From Octopus vulgaris (lineage: Eukaryota): a stretch of DNA of 64,000 bases. Made by a program: the position numbers and the translations under genes. The DNA is taken from positions 37,572,001-37,636,000 of the forward strand of contig OX597827.1 of NCBI GenBank assembly GCA_951406725.2, written 5' to 3'. Numbering within the stretch: the first letter of the stretch is position 1; every line of letters starts with the position of its first letter. The notes beneath the pieces were generated by a model. It made no database searches, was not told the origin of the DNA, and saw nothing but the letters and a program-made list of their open reading frames with translations. Shown here piece by piece: positions 41,078 through 54,108 of the stretch.

Positions 41078-41275
41078 AAGAGAAAAAGAAAGAGGGGAGA
41101 GGGTGATGAAGAGAAAGATAGAAAACGGTGGAGGGATGGGGAGAAAAATGGAATTAAAGAAGGCTGGAGGAAGAAAACAGTACAGAATAGAGTCGCATCA
41201 AAAAGGTGATGATAAACTTACTTGGAAATGGATGTGTCGCGTTCAAATAAATAATAAATAATAAATAATATATAA

Positions 41276-41323
<48 letters not shown>

Positions 41324-41324
41324 C

Positions 41325-41418
<94 letters not shown>

Positions 41419-41506
41419 GGATAGAGGACGTCATCAACGGTACAAATAACATGAAATACGTAAACAAACGAAGGAAAAACGAGTCGTGTCCTGTATACAA
41501 GTATAT

Positions 41507-41921
41507 ATACTCTTTTACTCTTTTATTTGTTTCAGTCATTTGACTGCGGCCATGCTGGAGCACCGCCTTTTTAGTCGAGCAAATCGACCCCGGGACTTAT
41601 TCTTTGTAAGCACAGTACTTATTCTATCGGTCTTTTTTGCCGAACCGCTAAGTGACGGGGACGTAAACACACCAGCATCGGTTGTCAAGCAATGCTAGGG
41701 GGACAAGCACAGACACACAAACACACACATACACATATATATATATATACATATATACGACAGGCTTCTATCAGTTTCCGTCTACCAAATCCACTCACAA
41801 GGCATTGGTCGGCCCGGGGCTATAGCAGAAGACACTTGCCCAAGATGCCACGCAGTGGGACTGAACCCGGAACCATGTGGTTGGTTAGCAAGCTACTTAC
41901 CACACAGCCACTCCTGCGCCT
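41507..41921 (-). mobile_element. SINE family A, young subfamily, full length
   Basis: From the ggcgcaggagtggctgtgtgg head to the (aaaagagt) tail. Confidence 0.92.
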
Positions 41922-42299
41922 ACTATATATATATATTTGTATGTATGTGTATGTTGGTATGTGAGTGGAAAATACAGAAGGCTCGTATTATATGGTTAAA
42001 GAATATATTTAAATCATCATGTTAGAAAAATGTTAGAAAATTTTGCGTATAGTAAGATTGGTTTTGAGGAAATATCCGGTTTCGTATTTTCTTTTCAAAT
42101 TTCTCAAAATGTTTAACCTATATTGTGTCATGTCTTGTGAAATATGAAGTTCCAGATAGGGGAAGGTAATCAGGGATTTTTTCCGGTATAAGGGAGATAA
42201 TAAAAATGCTGGGAATGACTAGGGTTTATTAATTTAACATGATTTGGTGTAGAAAGAATAGAATGTTACAAGTGGTTAGGTTTTGCTTTATATTTTTTC

Positions 42300-43236
42300 A
42301 ATAAGGTGAGCTTCCTTATTTAAAAATGTTAGAAATGGTTACGTTTTGGCTTATATTTTTCAATGAAGAAGGTTTCCTTATTTAATCTAACTTGTGTTGG
42401 TGTTCCAATGGCACATTGATAGAATGGAAAGATTACAAATTGTGGTAGCAGTTGTTTTGCGCATTTCTCAATATGCTCACTAAAGGGTATCATTCTGTAT
42501 TCTGGGAATGCAATCTGCTGTCGATGCAGAGTGCATCTGCGTCTGAGCGATAATCCCGTGGCCCCTATGTAGTTTTGGTGGCAGCCGAGTATCTTATAAT
42601 ATAAATCAGGTTTTCTGAAGCACAAGTAAAGCCAGATTTGATTTTGAATTTTTGTCCCTCTTTGAAAAGGAATTCTGATCCTTCTAGAAGGTTTGGGCAT
42701 GTTGCGCAATTTGGTCGAACACCATTTTTTTTCACTTTTGCGTCTGTTATTTTAGAAAATAATTTTGCCTTTTTGAGGATCTTTTTTAGTGACTTTGGTT
42801 GTTTGTGGATTTTAATGATCTTATGTGTGTGTAAAATTTCCTTTAATTTGGGGTCCTTGTGTAGCATTTTGGGTGATGATGGTTTCTGGGCTTGTATATG
42901 GATATGTACGGCAGTATTTTCGGGGAAGGTGTGTTGCTGTGTTGAACTTTTCTTTTGTGCTGCACGTCTGAGTCTATCCTCTATGAGTTGAACTGTGTAG
43001 TGTCTGTCAATTAGGGTGTTTTTGAGTTCTTGCAGTCCAAAGTCTCTGGTATTTTTTCTGACACTATGGTGCATATCCTTCTTGCAAGGTTGAACTGTAA
43101 GTTTGGGTTGTGAACTGTATGTTTGGGTTGACGCTGTTCAATAGTCTTTTGAATTTCAGGAGTTTGTATTTTCATTCGAGATTATGAAACAGTCGTCTAG
43201 GAATTTTTTTCCAATTTTCTTTTATGTATTTTTGAT
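42300..43236 (-). pseudogene. Penelope-like retroelement: RT catalytic remnant plus GIY-YIG endonuclease
   Basis: Minus strand gives ENWKKFLDDCFII at ~43185-43225, CATCPNL, FTCASENLIYII, and GCHQNYIGATG..LRRR...H; frameshifted. Confidence 0.88.
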
Positions 43237-44340
43237 GTGAAGGTGTGGTTAAGACAGGGTTGTGTGATGTCTCCGTGGCTGCTTAATTTATATATGGATG
43301 GTGTGGTGAGAGAGGTAAATGCTAGTACCTTTGGTAGGAGAACCCAAATGGTGGGAGGAAATGGAGAGAAATCGCAGGTGAGTCAGTTGTTGTTTTCTGA
43401 TGATACAGCACTGATGGCGTATTCGGAAGAGCAACTGAAGAGACTGGTGGTAGAGTTTGGAAGTGTGTGTGAGAGGGAGAAACTGAAAGTGAATGTAGCT
43501 AAGAGTAAGGTGATGAGATGTTCGAGAGACGGAAGGGCTGGTAGGATAGATGTAAATATAAATGGTGAGATGTTAGAGGAAGTGAGTGTTTATAAGTATC
43601 TAGGATCACATGTGACGGTGGATGGATGGGGTGGCTGAGGAGGTGGGGTACAGAGTGAGGGAGAGGAGTAAGATACTTGGAGTTGTGAAAGGTATGCTGA
43701 GCGATAAAAGGTTGAGTACGAAAGCGAAAAGAAGTGTGTGAGGGCGTGATTGTGTCGACAATGTTATATGGTCCAGAGATGTGGGGGCTGAAAGAGGCGG
43801 AAAGGAGGCGACTAGATGTGTTTGAGATGAGGTGTCTGAGGGCTATGGTTGGTGTGACACGGATAGACAGGATGAGGAATGAGGAGGTGCGAAGACGAGC
43901 AGGAATGAAAGAAAAACTAACAACCAAATTGGATAGACGAATGTTGAGGTGGTTTGGTCACATGGAGAGGATGGATGAGGAGCGGATGGTAAAGAGGGTG
44001 ATGAAGGCTGAAGTGATAGGCAGCAGAACCAGAGGCAGACCTCGGTTTGTGTGGATGGATGGAGTGAGGAATGCTTTGGTACTTAGAGATGCTGGAGTGA
44101 GAGAAACAAGAGACTTTATATATGACAGGAAAGCTTAGAGAGTGTTTGTGGATGGATGAGTGAATTTTAATGTTGCTCAAAAGGATACAGAACCAGAATG
44201 ATGCGGCGGGGGTAAACCAGCATATGCTGTCGGGCCCTGCAGCTGATATTGAAGGTTGCGTTCTATACCTTGACCCGAGCAAATGACGGGTTCGCCTCTT
44301 TGAGCAGGGAAATGAATGGAATGCATGGTGTGTGTCCTAA
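43231..44340 (+). mobile_element. RTE-clade LINE, 5'-truncated (RT C-terminal half and 3' UTR)
   Basis: LRQGCVMSPWL.NLYMD, LLFSDDTAL, KVNVAKSKVM, YKYLGS, MLYGPEMW, FEMRCLR, LRWFGHMERM, GSRTRGRPRFVW. Confidence 0.92.
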
Positions 44341-44479
44341 AAAATGTGGAATAGGCCTGGTTATATGATAAAAATGAAGCTGTATCCCTTAATCTGCTTC
44401 TTTTCTATGCACAATCAATCCGAGAAGATATCTTGTGGAACAGGCGTTATTTTAATGAGATACATTTTGTAATCACTTG

Positions 44480-44620
44480 AAAAACACATCTTTACCGACA
44501 GATACTCCTAAACCAGTTGTTACATATCCCACTTTTGAGAGATCGATGCTAGATGAGTCGAAACAACTGTAGTGATTAATAAACATTCTTGATTTTTCCA
44601 TATTTCGTCTCTCTTATTAA
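44480..44620 (+). mobile_element. Penelope-like terminus homologous to 20280-20400
   Basis: Shared atcgatgctaga...gtcgaaacaa.tgt.gtgattaat...tttcgtct, followed by (TA)n. Confidence 0.5.
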
Positions 44621-45441
44621 TCAAAATATATATATATATATATATATATGAATACATAAACACACACACACACACACATACACACTCACACACAACCACG
44701 CTAATAGCTTAGGAGTGAAATTTAGGATTTTTCGGTTTTGTGTAAATCGATTTTGATAAAACTTTTCCCAGCTGGTTTGCACACTATGGCAACACCATTG
44801 TTATGTTTTCATTATTCTGTGTAACGTCCTTTCATTTGCAATGATACATATTGACCATACATTGAGTATAGATTTAACAGAAAACCATAGTAATATTACA
44901 TTTATAATGAATTATTTAGTCGCATGAGCGCCATTTTGACGGATAACTTCAAAAACCTTATTAGTCATGGAATCTGTCAATTTCTTAATAGTAGTAGGTT
45001 GGACTGCCTCTACTGCAGCTTTGATAGTCACCCATAAGACACTTTCGACGTAAATAGACCAACACATACAAATAGTATGTTAAGAAGAAATATATTTTAA
45101 GAAAAGCCAGTTTTCTATTCAACTTTTTATGACGTCATCAGATAACGAAAGAATAGAAACTAAACGTAGGAATTCTATGTTACGACAATTAGAAACAGAA
45201 ATTCGACATCACGATAATCAGTTATCTCTCTATTAAATATGCTAAAAAAAGTTTGAAAAATTATTGGATAAGAAGCAGCCAAACCTTAAACTATACCTTA
45301 ATGTCTAAAACAGTGGTTCTCAACCGGGGTCCAAATGGCCCTTAGGGTCCACATAAAATTTTGCAGTTAAAATTTTTGTGAAATAAATTGGTTATATTTC
45401 AACAATACACAATATATTTTAGTAATTGTTTTATACAACAT

Positions 45442-45828
45442 AGGCGCAGGCATGGCTGTGTGGTAAGATTGCTTCCCAACCACATGGTTCAACGTTCAGT
45501 CCCACTACCTGTGATACCTTGGGCAAATGGCTTCTACTATATTCTCGGACCGACCAAAACCTTGTAAGTAGATTTGGTAGACGGAAACTGAAAGAAGCCC
45601 GTCATATATGTTTATGTATGTATATATGCGTGTGTATCTGTGTCACCGTTTGTTCCCTCACCCACTTGACAACCGGTGTTGGTGTGTTTACCTTCCCGTA
45701 ACTTAGCAGTATGGCAAAATAGAACGCTACAATAAATACCAGGCTGAAAGAAAATGACGATTCATTCGACTAAAAATTCTTCAAGGTGGTGTCCCAGCAA
45801 GGCCGCAGTCTCACGACTGAAACAAGTT
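45442..45828 (+). mobile_element. SINE family A, full length (preceded by a hAT-like end cagtggttctcaacc at 45311)
   Basis: ggcgcaggcatggctgtgtggtaag...gactgaaacaag. Confidence 0.85.
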
Positions 45829-46189
45829 ATGGAAAAGCCGATATTAGATTACATGAAGAGCAATAAAATATTCAAATGTGTTGGCATATATTTCTGGAAA
45901 TATTAATTTGACTGGTATTTACCTTTTTTGTGTATTAAAATATGCTGGCACAATAGACACGGTCGTCGGAAATGAATGACGTAATCACCATTTAAAGATG
46001 CGATTTTCTCCATTCGTATTCTTAGTACTTTATGTTTTCAACCTCCGAAAGATGAAAAGTGAAGTTGGCTTCGGCAGAATTTGAATTCAGGACATTAAAC
46101 TGGAAGAAATACCACAATGCATTTTCTCTCATGCTCTAACGATTCTGCCAATCCATCGCTCTTATTATATATTGTGAAAGAATGGATAT

Positions 46190-46563
46190 TGTTGGAATTG
46201 TGAAATAAACACAAAACAAGGAATGACCAATTGACTACACTCTGAGATGTACCTGTACGCAGATAGAGAAATTAAGGAAAATAGAACTGATACAATTGTC
46301 AAAGATCAACAGGAGCAGAAACCCCTGCTGATGGTGTATTTCAAGACAAGCATTCACAAATCTGTCTCTAAAATGAGAAACTATACAAAAATAGAAATCT
46401 CCCATAAAAATAGATACCCTAGGATATGATATTTAATATAACAGTAAACAAACACAGAAGCATAACAAAGCATTCCACACATTCGTGTTTTACGGAACTG
46501 CACTCCGTTACGTAGTGAAAGCACGCTATAAAATATATGACCACTGCAATGATTAATAATAAT
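46190..46563 (+). mobile_element. Decayed Dong/R4 LINE 3' end (restriction-like endonuclease)
   Basis: DREIKENRTDTIVKD..EQKPLL resembles the D..I..NRPDIVV.D..K.C.LID RLE motif; ends in taataataat. Confidence 0.55.
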
Positions 46564-46846
46564 TGTTTCTAACAGGAGAAGAGACAGAGATATAATGCAA
46601 CAGAAGTTTTACAATAAGTTTACAATATCTAACAACTGGAAAATATTCACTCAATTGTTCGTGAAATATGCATGAAATATACAAGATGTATAAAACATGA
46701 ACATACAAATATGTTATTATCTTCATAGTAGGAAGGATTATCTTTCATATTACATGATACAAAATTTATTATACAAAATTTTTAAATCTTTATGCAGAAT
46801 TGGCATTAATACTTCTGTATGTTAATATTTACACATCTGAGTGAAT

Positions 46847-46918
<72 letters not shown>

Positions 46919-47750
46919 ACACACACACACACAAACATACACACATGCTCAAGCATAGACGATACAGACATACATTCTTAGTCTTTATATCAAATTTGTG
47001 AAAATGGATGGAAAACATAGATATAAAGAACAATGAAATGTTGCTGCTGCTACTGCTGTTGTTGTTGTTGTTGTTATTGTTGTTGGTGGTGGTATTGGTG
47101 GGGTGGCAGTGATGATGGCGGTGATAGTGGTGATGCTACAGTGATAGTTATGGCGATTTGTAGTGCTCCCAAAATGGTATGGCTGTGGTGATATTTGTTC
47201 ACATAGAGAAAAGGAAATGGACTACATACACTTCAACACACACATACACACACGCGCGCACACATACATACACACACATATAGTTATGTTTATTCACCTA
47301 CAAAAACATAAATATGTATGCGTGTGTGTATGTGTGTGTGTGTGTGTGTGTACTTGCAAGCATGTATTTGAGTGTTTGATTTGCGTAATTAATTGATTTT
47401 GTTGAAAGTACTTCTCTCTTCCCTCTCCATCACTCTCTTCTTCACGCCCTTACTATCTCGCTTTTCCTCTCGCTCTCTCTCTTTCTCCCTTTTTCTCCCA
47501 TGCTCTCACTCTATCTCTCACTCTTTTATTGTCTATTTGTTTTTTCTTCTCTCTCGGTCAGATTTCTCTTCGTCTTTTTTCAGTTTTCCGTTCCTTTCTA
47601 GCTCCTACCGTCTATATGCGTTTGTTTCCGTTCGTAGTATAAACCCCAGCAGCTATGATCATCCGACAATCTATTTACTTATTTCTATATGTTCATGTTT
47701 GCCTCCATGTATTTATGTATGCATGTACGTTTGTACACATGTATAATGCG

Positions 47751-47805
<55 letters not shown>

Positions 47806-48029
47806 AATAAGAAAATGGAGGAACAAATTCATTTCGATCATCAACTTACAGATATTACCATTTCATATTATTTATTAATTATATAAATAGGAACATGAAA
47901 ATCGAACAAGACAATATACATCAATATGCAAATTAATAATACCATAAGAATAATACAAATAAACTTCTCCTTACAGCTGTTTCAGCCCATAGATAAAAAG
48001 CATCTCATTCTGCCTATATTAGTCAAATG

Positions 48030-48935
48030 TTGTTAGTTTTTGCTCCTGGCACTGCTTCGTATCCTTTGATTGCATCCTCTACACAAGGTATCTGAGCTTC
48101 ATCAGACACGGTGATGGTGACGTCATCCGCATATGCAGAAACAGACTACCAATCCCAATTCATTGGGAATTCACCCACCCCAAATTCACCCACCCCAAAT
48201 TCTCCAGCCTCCGCAGCAATGGTTCAATAGCCAGTACATACAGAAGCGAAGACAGGGGCCACTCCTGACGAACCGAGCTCTCGATTCTAAACATCACCGA
48301 CAGGTAACCGTTTATCTAGACTGTAGATTTGATACCGCCATAAATGGCAGTGATCCAACCACGGAAGTCTGGGCTTAGCCCAGCTGCCTCGACGACTGCT
48401 GCCAGGTACTAGTGGTCTACCCTATCAAAAGTTTTACTCTGGTCTAAATGGATCAGTGTCCCACCTTTACCGGATAACTTACCCATCCTCTCTAAGGTAT
48501 AGTGCAGGAAATGGAGATTGTCCTGGACTGACCTGCCTGGGATGGCACTTGTCTGTGCCCTTCCCAACAAGTTTCTCCGCGACACGTTGCCAACCTTTTA
48601 GCTAGCACCTTGGCCAAAATCTTTAACCCTACAATAAATAGAGTTATGGACCTAAAATGACTAATATGGTCCCCCATGCTCGGGTTTTTTCTGACCAGTG
48701 TCACCACTCCCCGATTTATAGAGCTAGGAATCCTCGCATTCTGCTGCCAGTTTGTGTAGACGCAGGCCAGCAAGTGCCCGAACAAGTCTGGCACGTTACA
48801 ATAAAATTCATAGGGCAGACCATCCAGCCCCGGCGATTTGTCCCCGGTGCACTCAACCAGCACCTCTTCAAGCTCCATAGCCGTAATCGACCCTTCACAG
48901 CTTTCTGCCTTCCTTGCCGAGAGTCGAGGCCCACC
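48030..48935 (-). pseudogene. L1/Tx1-clade reverse transcriptase fragment
   Basis: KSPGLDGLPYEFY, FRSITL, KILAKVLAKRL, LDQSKTFDRVDH, SVRQ..PLSSLLY, AYADDV, GAKTN. Confidence 0.9.
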
Positions 48936-48944
48936 GGCAAGGGG

Positions 48945-49205
48945 CTGAGTGTAAGTGTTGGCGTAGAGGGACGTAGACCGCACTGCTTTAAGTGCGGCGA
49001 AAAAGGTCACGTCCACTCGGAATGTAAAGAAAAGAAACGCGAAGCCCCTCCCCGAAAAGAACCACCAAACGAAGGGGAGAAAGAAAGGCAAACGGCAAAG
49101 CCAACAAAAGTTGTGGAAGAAACCAAACAAACAAGACAAGGAGAAACCCAAGAAATAATACAAACAACAGAAGGCGAATATATGAAATTTACCACATCAT
49201 CTCCT
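48945..49205 (+). pseudogene. L1/Tx1 ORF1 zinc-knuckle fragment
   Basis: VEGRRPHCFKCGEKGHVHSEC (CX2CX4HX4C). Confidence 0.75.
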
Positions 49206-51234
49206 TGTTAAAGGGTGCAAAATTTCAATTGTATCTAATATAAACCATCATATTTTTAAAATCTCATTAAACTAACTCATGAACACTATTTATTTGTAAT
49301 GTCCTGTGTTGTTCCCTCTATGTTTTGATATTTTATTATCATAATAAGGAAGAAACCTCTAGCTGACCAATTATTCCGTGCTGATGAAGAGAAATAACCC
49401 GGAAATAGCGATACACAGATATTGCTTTGAGCTGCGTGGGGGTGTTAAAAGCCCTTGTTCGAAAATATAAAGACACAGAAAGTGCCGTGTAGCCAGCTGG
49501 AGACGATGTCTCCTGGGGCAAAATTACAGCAACATTCGTCCTAAATCAGGACTGCCATGTTATGCTGGCAAACAATCTTTACTCTAAATAAAAAAAAATT
49601 TTAGCCTCCCAGACGAAGTAGCGTTGGTTCGAGTGTTGGTCCCGGTCTTTCCCATACCGAAGCTGACCGAGACTCATACATACCCATATATCAAAATTGT
49701 GCCCCTTCCATTATATATCCTCTCTCTGTGAAACTACAAATACTTTCATATATATTATCCATGTGTTACTTTATTGCTAGTTAATTATTGCTGTTCCTAT
49801 CGTTATTGTTACATTGTTATTGTTCAACTCCCAGTTTAACCCTAACTTAGCAATCTTATGATTACTGTGGCAATCCCGCTCTTAATACCAGACATAATTA
49901 ATTTTTAGAGAACTTTGACATGTCCTTCCATTCTATTGAAGGCGCTGTTATATGAGAGACATTTGGTCGCCACTTCTAGCGAGTCGAACGACTGTTAGAA
50001 ACGACTGCTCTCTTTAGTTAGTGTCACGTGATTATAAATATTTCAAAGCAGCAGCAGACAATAATGTAATGGTAATTGTGACGACACTTATGTACAGAAG
50101 GGAACAGTTGACCTTGCATTTAAGTATATACAAAGAAACAATGAACAAGTCACTTGATCTTATTTCAAATATCGAGCGCAGTAAATATTTATTGTTCATT
50201 TTACATTTAGGACAAGGTTTGGCAAAAATATAAAGATCCACTTTTATGATATTTAATCTGAAAATAAAATCTAAAAAGTACCTCACCAGGATGGGCTCAT
50301 CTCCATAGTCCCAGTTCATGGCAACATAAATAGTATTAACGTTTGCGCGTCGGATAAAAAATACTGAACGACATTTCTTTCACCTCTTTACGTTCTGAGT
50401 TCAGATCCCGCCGAGGTCGACTTTGGCTTTCGTCCTTTTAGGGTCGAGAAAATAAGTACCAACTGTACCAAAGACTGAAGCCATTAACAGACTGAAGCGG
50501 TTATCAGCTGACTACACGCCATTTCTTCCACAAAGCCGGGAACTTTTACTCATAAGCGAGGAATGGGTTTTTGAGGTTTTTACGTACATTCAAAGATTGC
50601 AGCAATGATAGATAACTTGGAATGGATCTCAAAATAATTTATGTGGAAAGAATGAAGTGATTACAATGTTTCTAATTGGTAAATTTTTATAAAATTAGTA
50701 AATCACCATATGTTTATATATCAAATCACTATGTTTAATAAATATAAACTTCACAAAGGATAATTAACGAAGAAATGTGGATTACTAAATCGTGTACGTA
50801 TACTTCTCATAATTGTTAGGTACTCAAAATATTCTATTTTGACGGTAGTACAGATGATGTATCACACTCGTTCAAGATTGAGGATTATCTGCTCCTGAAT
50901 CAGCGTGTACGTGGTTGAGTACCAGTGTGACACAGCGCATGAAAAGGCTATACTGTTACAAATACAATCCACAAAACGGGCTTCTATATAGTTTCTGTCG
51001 ACAAGGTATGGTTCACGTACAGGAATCGAAATCGAGATCACGTTAATCATTCGCCCAAACTGCGCTTACAGCTACATTATATACACTAAATAATTAGACA
51101 TAGCATATACACCTGTTATTTGTACTTACCCCAGCATGGCCGCAGTCTAATGATTGAAGCAAGTAAAGGATAAAAGATAAAGGATATATATATATATATA
51201 TATACATATATATATAACTCCGTCAATTACGACG

Positions 51235-51276
51235 ACGAGGGTTTTGGTAAATCCGATCAACGGATCAACGTCAACA

Positions 51277-51321
<45 letters not shown>

Positions 51322-51628
51322 TTTATATTTATATTTATATTCACATACACACACACACACACACACACACATACAGACATACGAAATTAACGTGCAAGTG
51401 GTTGAGCACTCCACAGACACGTGTACCCTTAACGTAGCTCTCAGGGAGGTTCAGTTTGACATAGAATGTGACAAGGTACTACTCATTTTTGCCAGCTGAG
51501 TGGATCGGAACAAAGTGAAATAACGTGTCTTCCTCAAGGACACAACGCACCGCCGAGAATTGAACTCATGACCTCACGATCGTGAGCCAAATACCCTAAC
51601 CGCTGTATGTGAAGCCACGCGCCTTCAC
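51235..51628 (-). mobile_element. SINE family C with an internal microsatellite insertion
   Basis: Homologous to 1993-2288. Confidence 0.75.
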
Positions 51629-51679
51629 ACACACACACATACACATAAACACATACACTCAAACACACACACACACATA

Positions 51680-52196
51680 GGTGCTACTTTGACATGTGAT
51701 CTACAATTTAAAGGGAGATTACTTTAGGTTACTTTTTAGTTTACTTTTCAATTTCTAAAGATGCTGGCTAAAGAATTTAATAATGTAATCAGCGACAAGA
51801 TGAAGGCAGTTGCATTCTTACGAAAAAATTACCTTTTAGATGATGTAGAAAATTTTGTACCATGTCATCGGTGTGATAGAGAAATGAATGATGCTCGAAG
51901 AGAAAGGAAAAAACGGCGAAATTTTGCCAACTTTACGTTGCAAAACGCGCGTTTGCCAAACTTGTGTGTGATCTATGCGCTTATTTTGATTATTATATTG
52001 TTTATTTTTGGTTTCTTATTATTATTTACTAAGATATAAATGAAACATGGTTCTATTATTATTAAAATAGTAAGAATTTTGAAAAGATACATTTACAATG
52101 CTAAGTATGTACAAAATTGAGAAATTGAAAAGTAAGCTAAGAAATAACTTAAAGTAATCTCCCTTTAAATTGTAGATCACACGCCAAAGTAGCACC
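51680..52196 (+). mobile_element. Merlin (IS1016/IS1595-like) deletion derivative with a transposase N-terminal zinc ribbon
   Basis: 77-bp TIRs starting GG (51680-51756 / 52120-52196); ATG at 51761 gives ISDKMKAVAFLRKNYLL...CHRC..EM, then after a frameshift LRCKTRVCQT..SMR; cacata flanks both sides. Confidence 0.75.
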
Positions 52197-52480
52197 CACA
52201 TAAATATATATAAAAGGAGGTTGAAAAAATTTGAAAAAGGTTTCCGTATTATTTGTTCACCATTACACATGTTCCATTTACTAAGAGGAGTTACAAAACT
52301 GTTCATGTAGAAGAAACATGTAACACATCTCCTATTAGAAATTCTTCAGACTGAGAAGCAATTAATACATTATTGCATTATTTGATTCTCTGTCTGAAGA
52401 ATTTATGAGCGCTTCCAGATCCATTTCCCCAAAAAGATATACTTCATGCTCTCTCGAAGCTTTATATATTCATATGACGT

Positions 52481-52559
<79 letters not shown>

Positions 52560-52561
<2 letters not shown>

Positions 52562-52729
52562 GCGCAGGAGTAGCTTTGTGGTAAGTAGCTTGCTTACGAA
52601 CCACATGGTTCCGGGTTCAGTCCCACTGCGTGGCACCTTGGGCAAATGTCTTCTACTGTAGCCTCGGGCCGACCAAAGCCTTGTCAGTGGATTTGGTAGA
52701 CGGAAACTGAAAGAAGCCCGTCGTATATA

Positions 52730-52785
<56 letters not shown>

Positions 52786-52985
52786 CGCTTGTATATCTAT
52801 GTTTCTCCCCCTCAAAATCGCTTGACAACCGATGTTGGTCCCCGTAACTTAGCGGTTCGACAAAAGAAACCGATAGAATAAGTACTAGGCATACAAAGAG
52901 TAAGTTCTGGGGGCGATTTGCTCGACTAAAAGGCGGTGCTCCAGCATGGCCGCAGTCAAATTACTGAAACAAGTAAACGAGTGGA

Positions 52986-52986
<1 letters not shown>
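52560..52986 (+). mobile_element. SINE family A, full length
   Basis: Complete head, body and tail, inserted in (TA)n. Confidence 0.9.
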
Positions 52987-53034
<48 letters not shown>

Positions 53035-53746
53035 CACACACACACATACACACATACACACATACACACACACATACACACACACACATACGAAAGAAGC
53101 CTCCCTATATGTACCCTTGTGTGCATATATACATAGGATAGAAATGTATTTATGCATATTTATGCATGACCGCATTCCGATAACATAAACAAGCAGAACA
53201 ACGCATGCGCGCGTACGTGTGTGTGTGTATGTGTATGCGTGCTCGCGTGTCTCTGTTTCTATGTTTGTGCGTTTGTGTGTGTGTGTGAACAAGTCACTGG
53301 CTTACAGGAACACGTAAGTTCATTATCAAGATCGGTCGATTTAGTTATCATCATCATCATCAACATCAACAACAGTAACAATAATAATTGTGACGACAAT
53401 AGCAGAGATAATAATTTAACAATAGCCACAATATAAAAACGCATTAACAATATTAATAACAAGAACAACACTAGCAGCAACAACAAGACGACAACAACAA
53501 CAACGACACAAATGTATAACGGATGCAGAATGTGTTTTAGTAATTATGAAAGCAAGTTTCGACATGATACCACCACGGCTCGATGCTATTTTATAAAACA
53601 TTATTTGTTTAAAGCTAACACTACCGCTACCGCCACCACTATCACGACTACCACCTCTACCACTATTAATAACAGCAGCAGCAACAACTACTACAACAAT
53701 ATAGTCACCAATGATCAGCACTTTAATTGCTACTACTACAAAAACT

Positions 53747-53747
53747 T

Positions 53748-53843
<96 letters not shown>

Positions 53844-53908
53844 CAGCAGCAGCAGCAGCAGTAGTAGCAGTGGTGGTGGTGGTGGTGGTGGTGGTGGTGG
53901 TTATTGTG

Positions 53909-53945
<37 letters not shown>
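53747..53945. repeat. (ACT)n followed by (AGT)n/(AGC)n/(GGT)n; the ACT/AGT junction is palindromic
   Basis: Direct reading of the sequence. Confidence 0.95.
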
Positions 53946-54108
53946 ATAAAGCAACACTACAATTATTACCACTCCTCTGCAACCAATCCCAACAGCTACC
54001 GATGCTATGGCTACTCTGTATTACACTAATATGTATACGTGTGCGCGTGAGTGTGTGCGTGTGTTTGTGTTTGTGTTTGTGTATGTGCTTGCGTGGGCAT
54101 GTATTATA

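Noticed and set aside
47966-48111. Apparently complete hammerhead on the minus strand (CTGATGA-AGCTCA...TGGGCT-GAAAC-AGCT-GTA) with a long stem II
   Set aside because: The CTGATGA half lies in frame within the LINE RT (YADDVTITVSDEAQ) and stem I does not pair. It is most likely a chance juxtaposition with a Penelope-end remnant.
53300-53318. Possible 6-nt microexon (ttacag GAACAC gtaagt)
   Set aside because: No polypyrimidine tract; such a motif is expected by chance in 64 kb.
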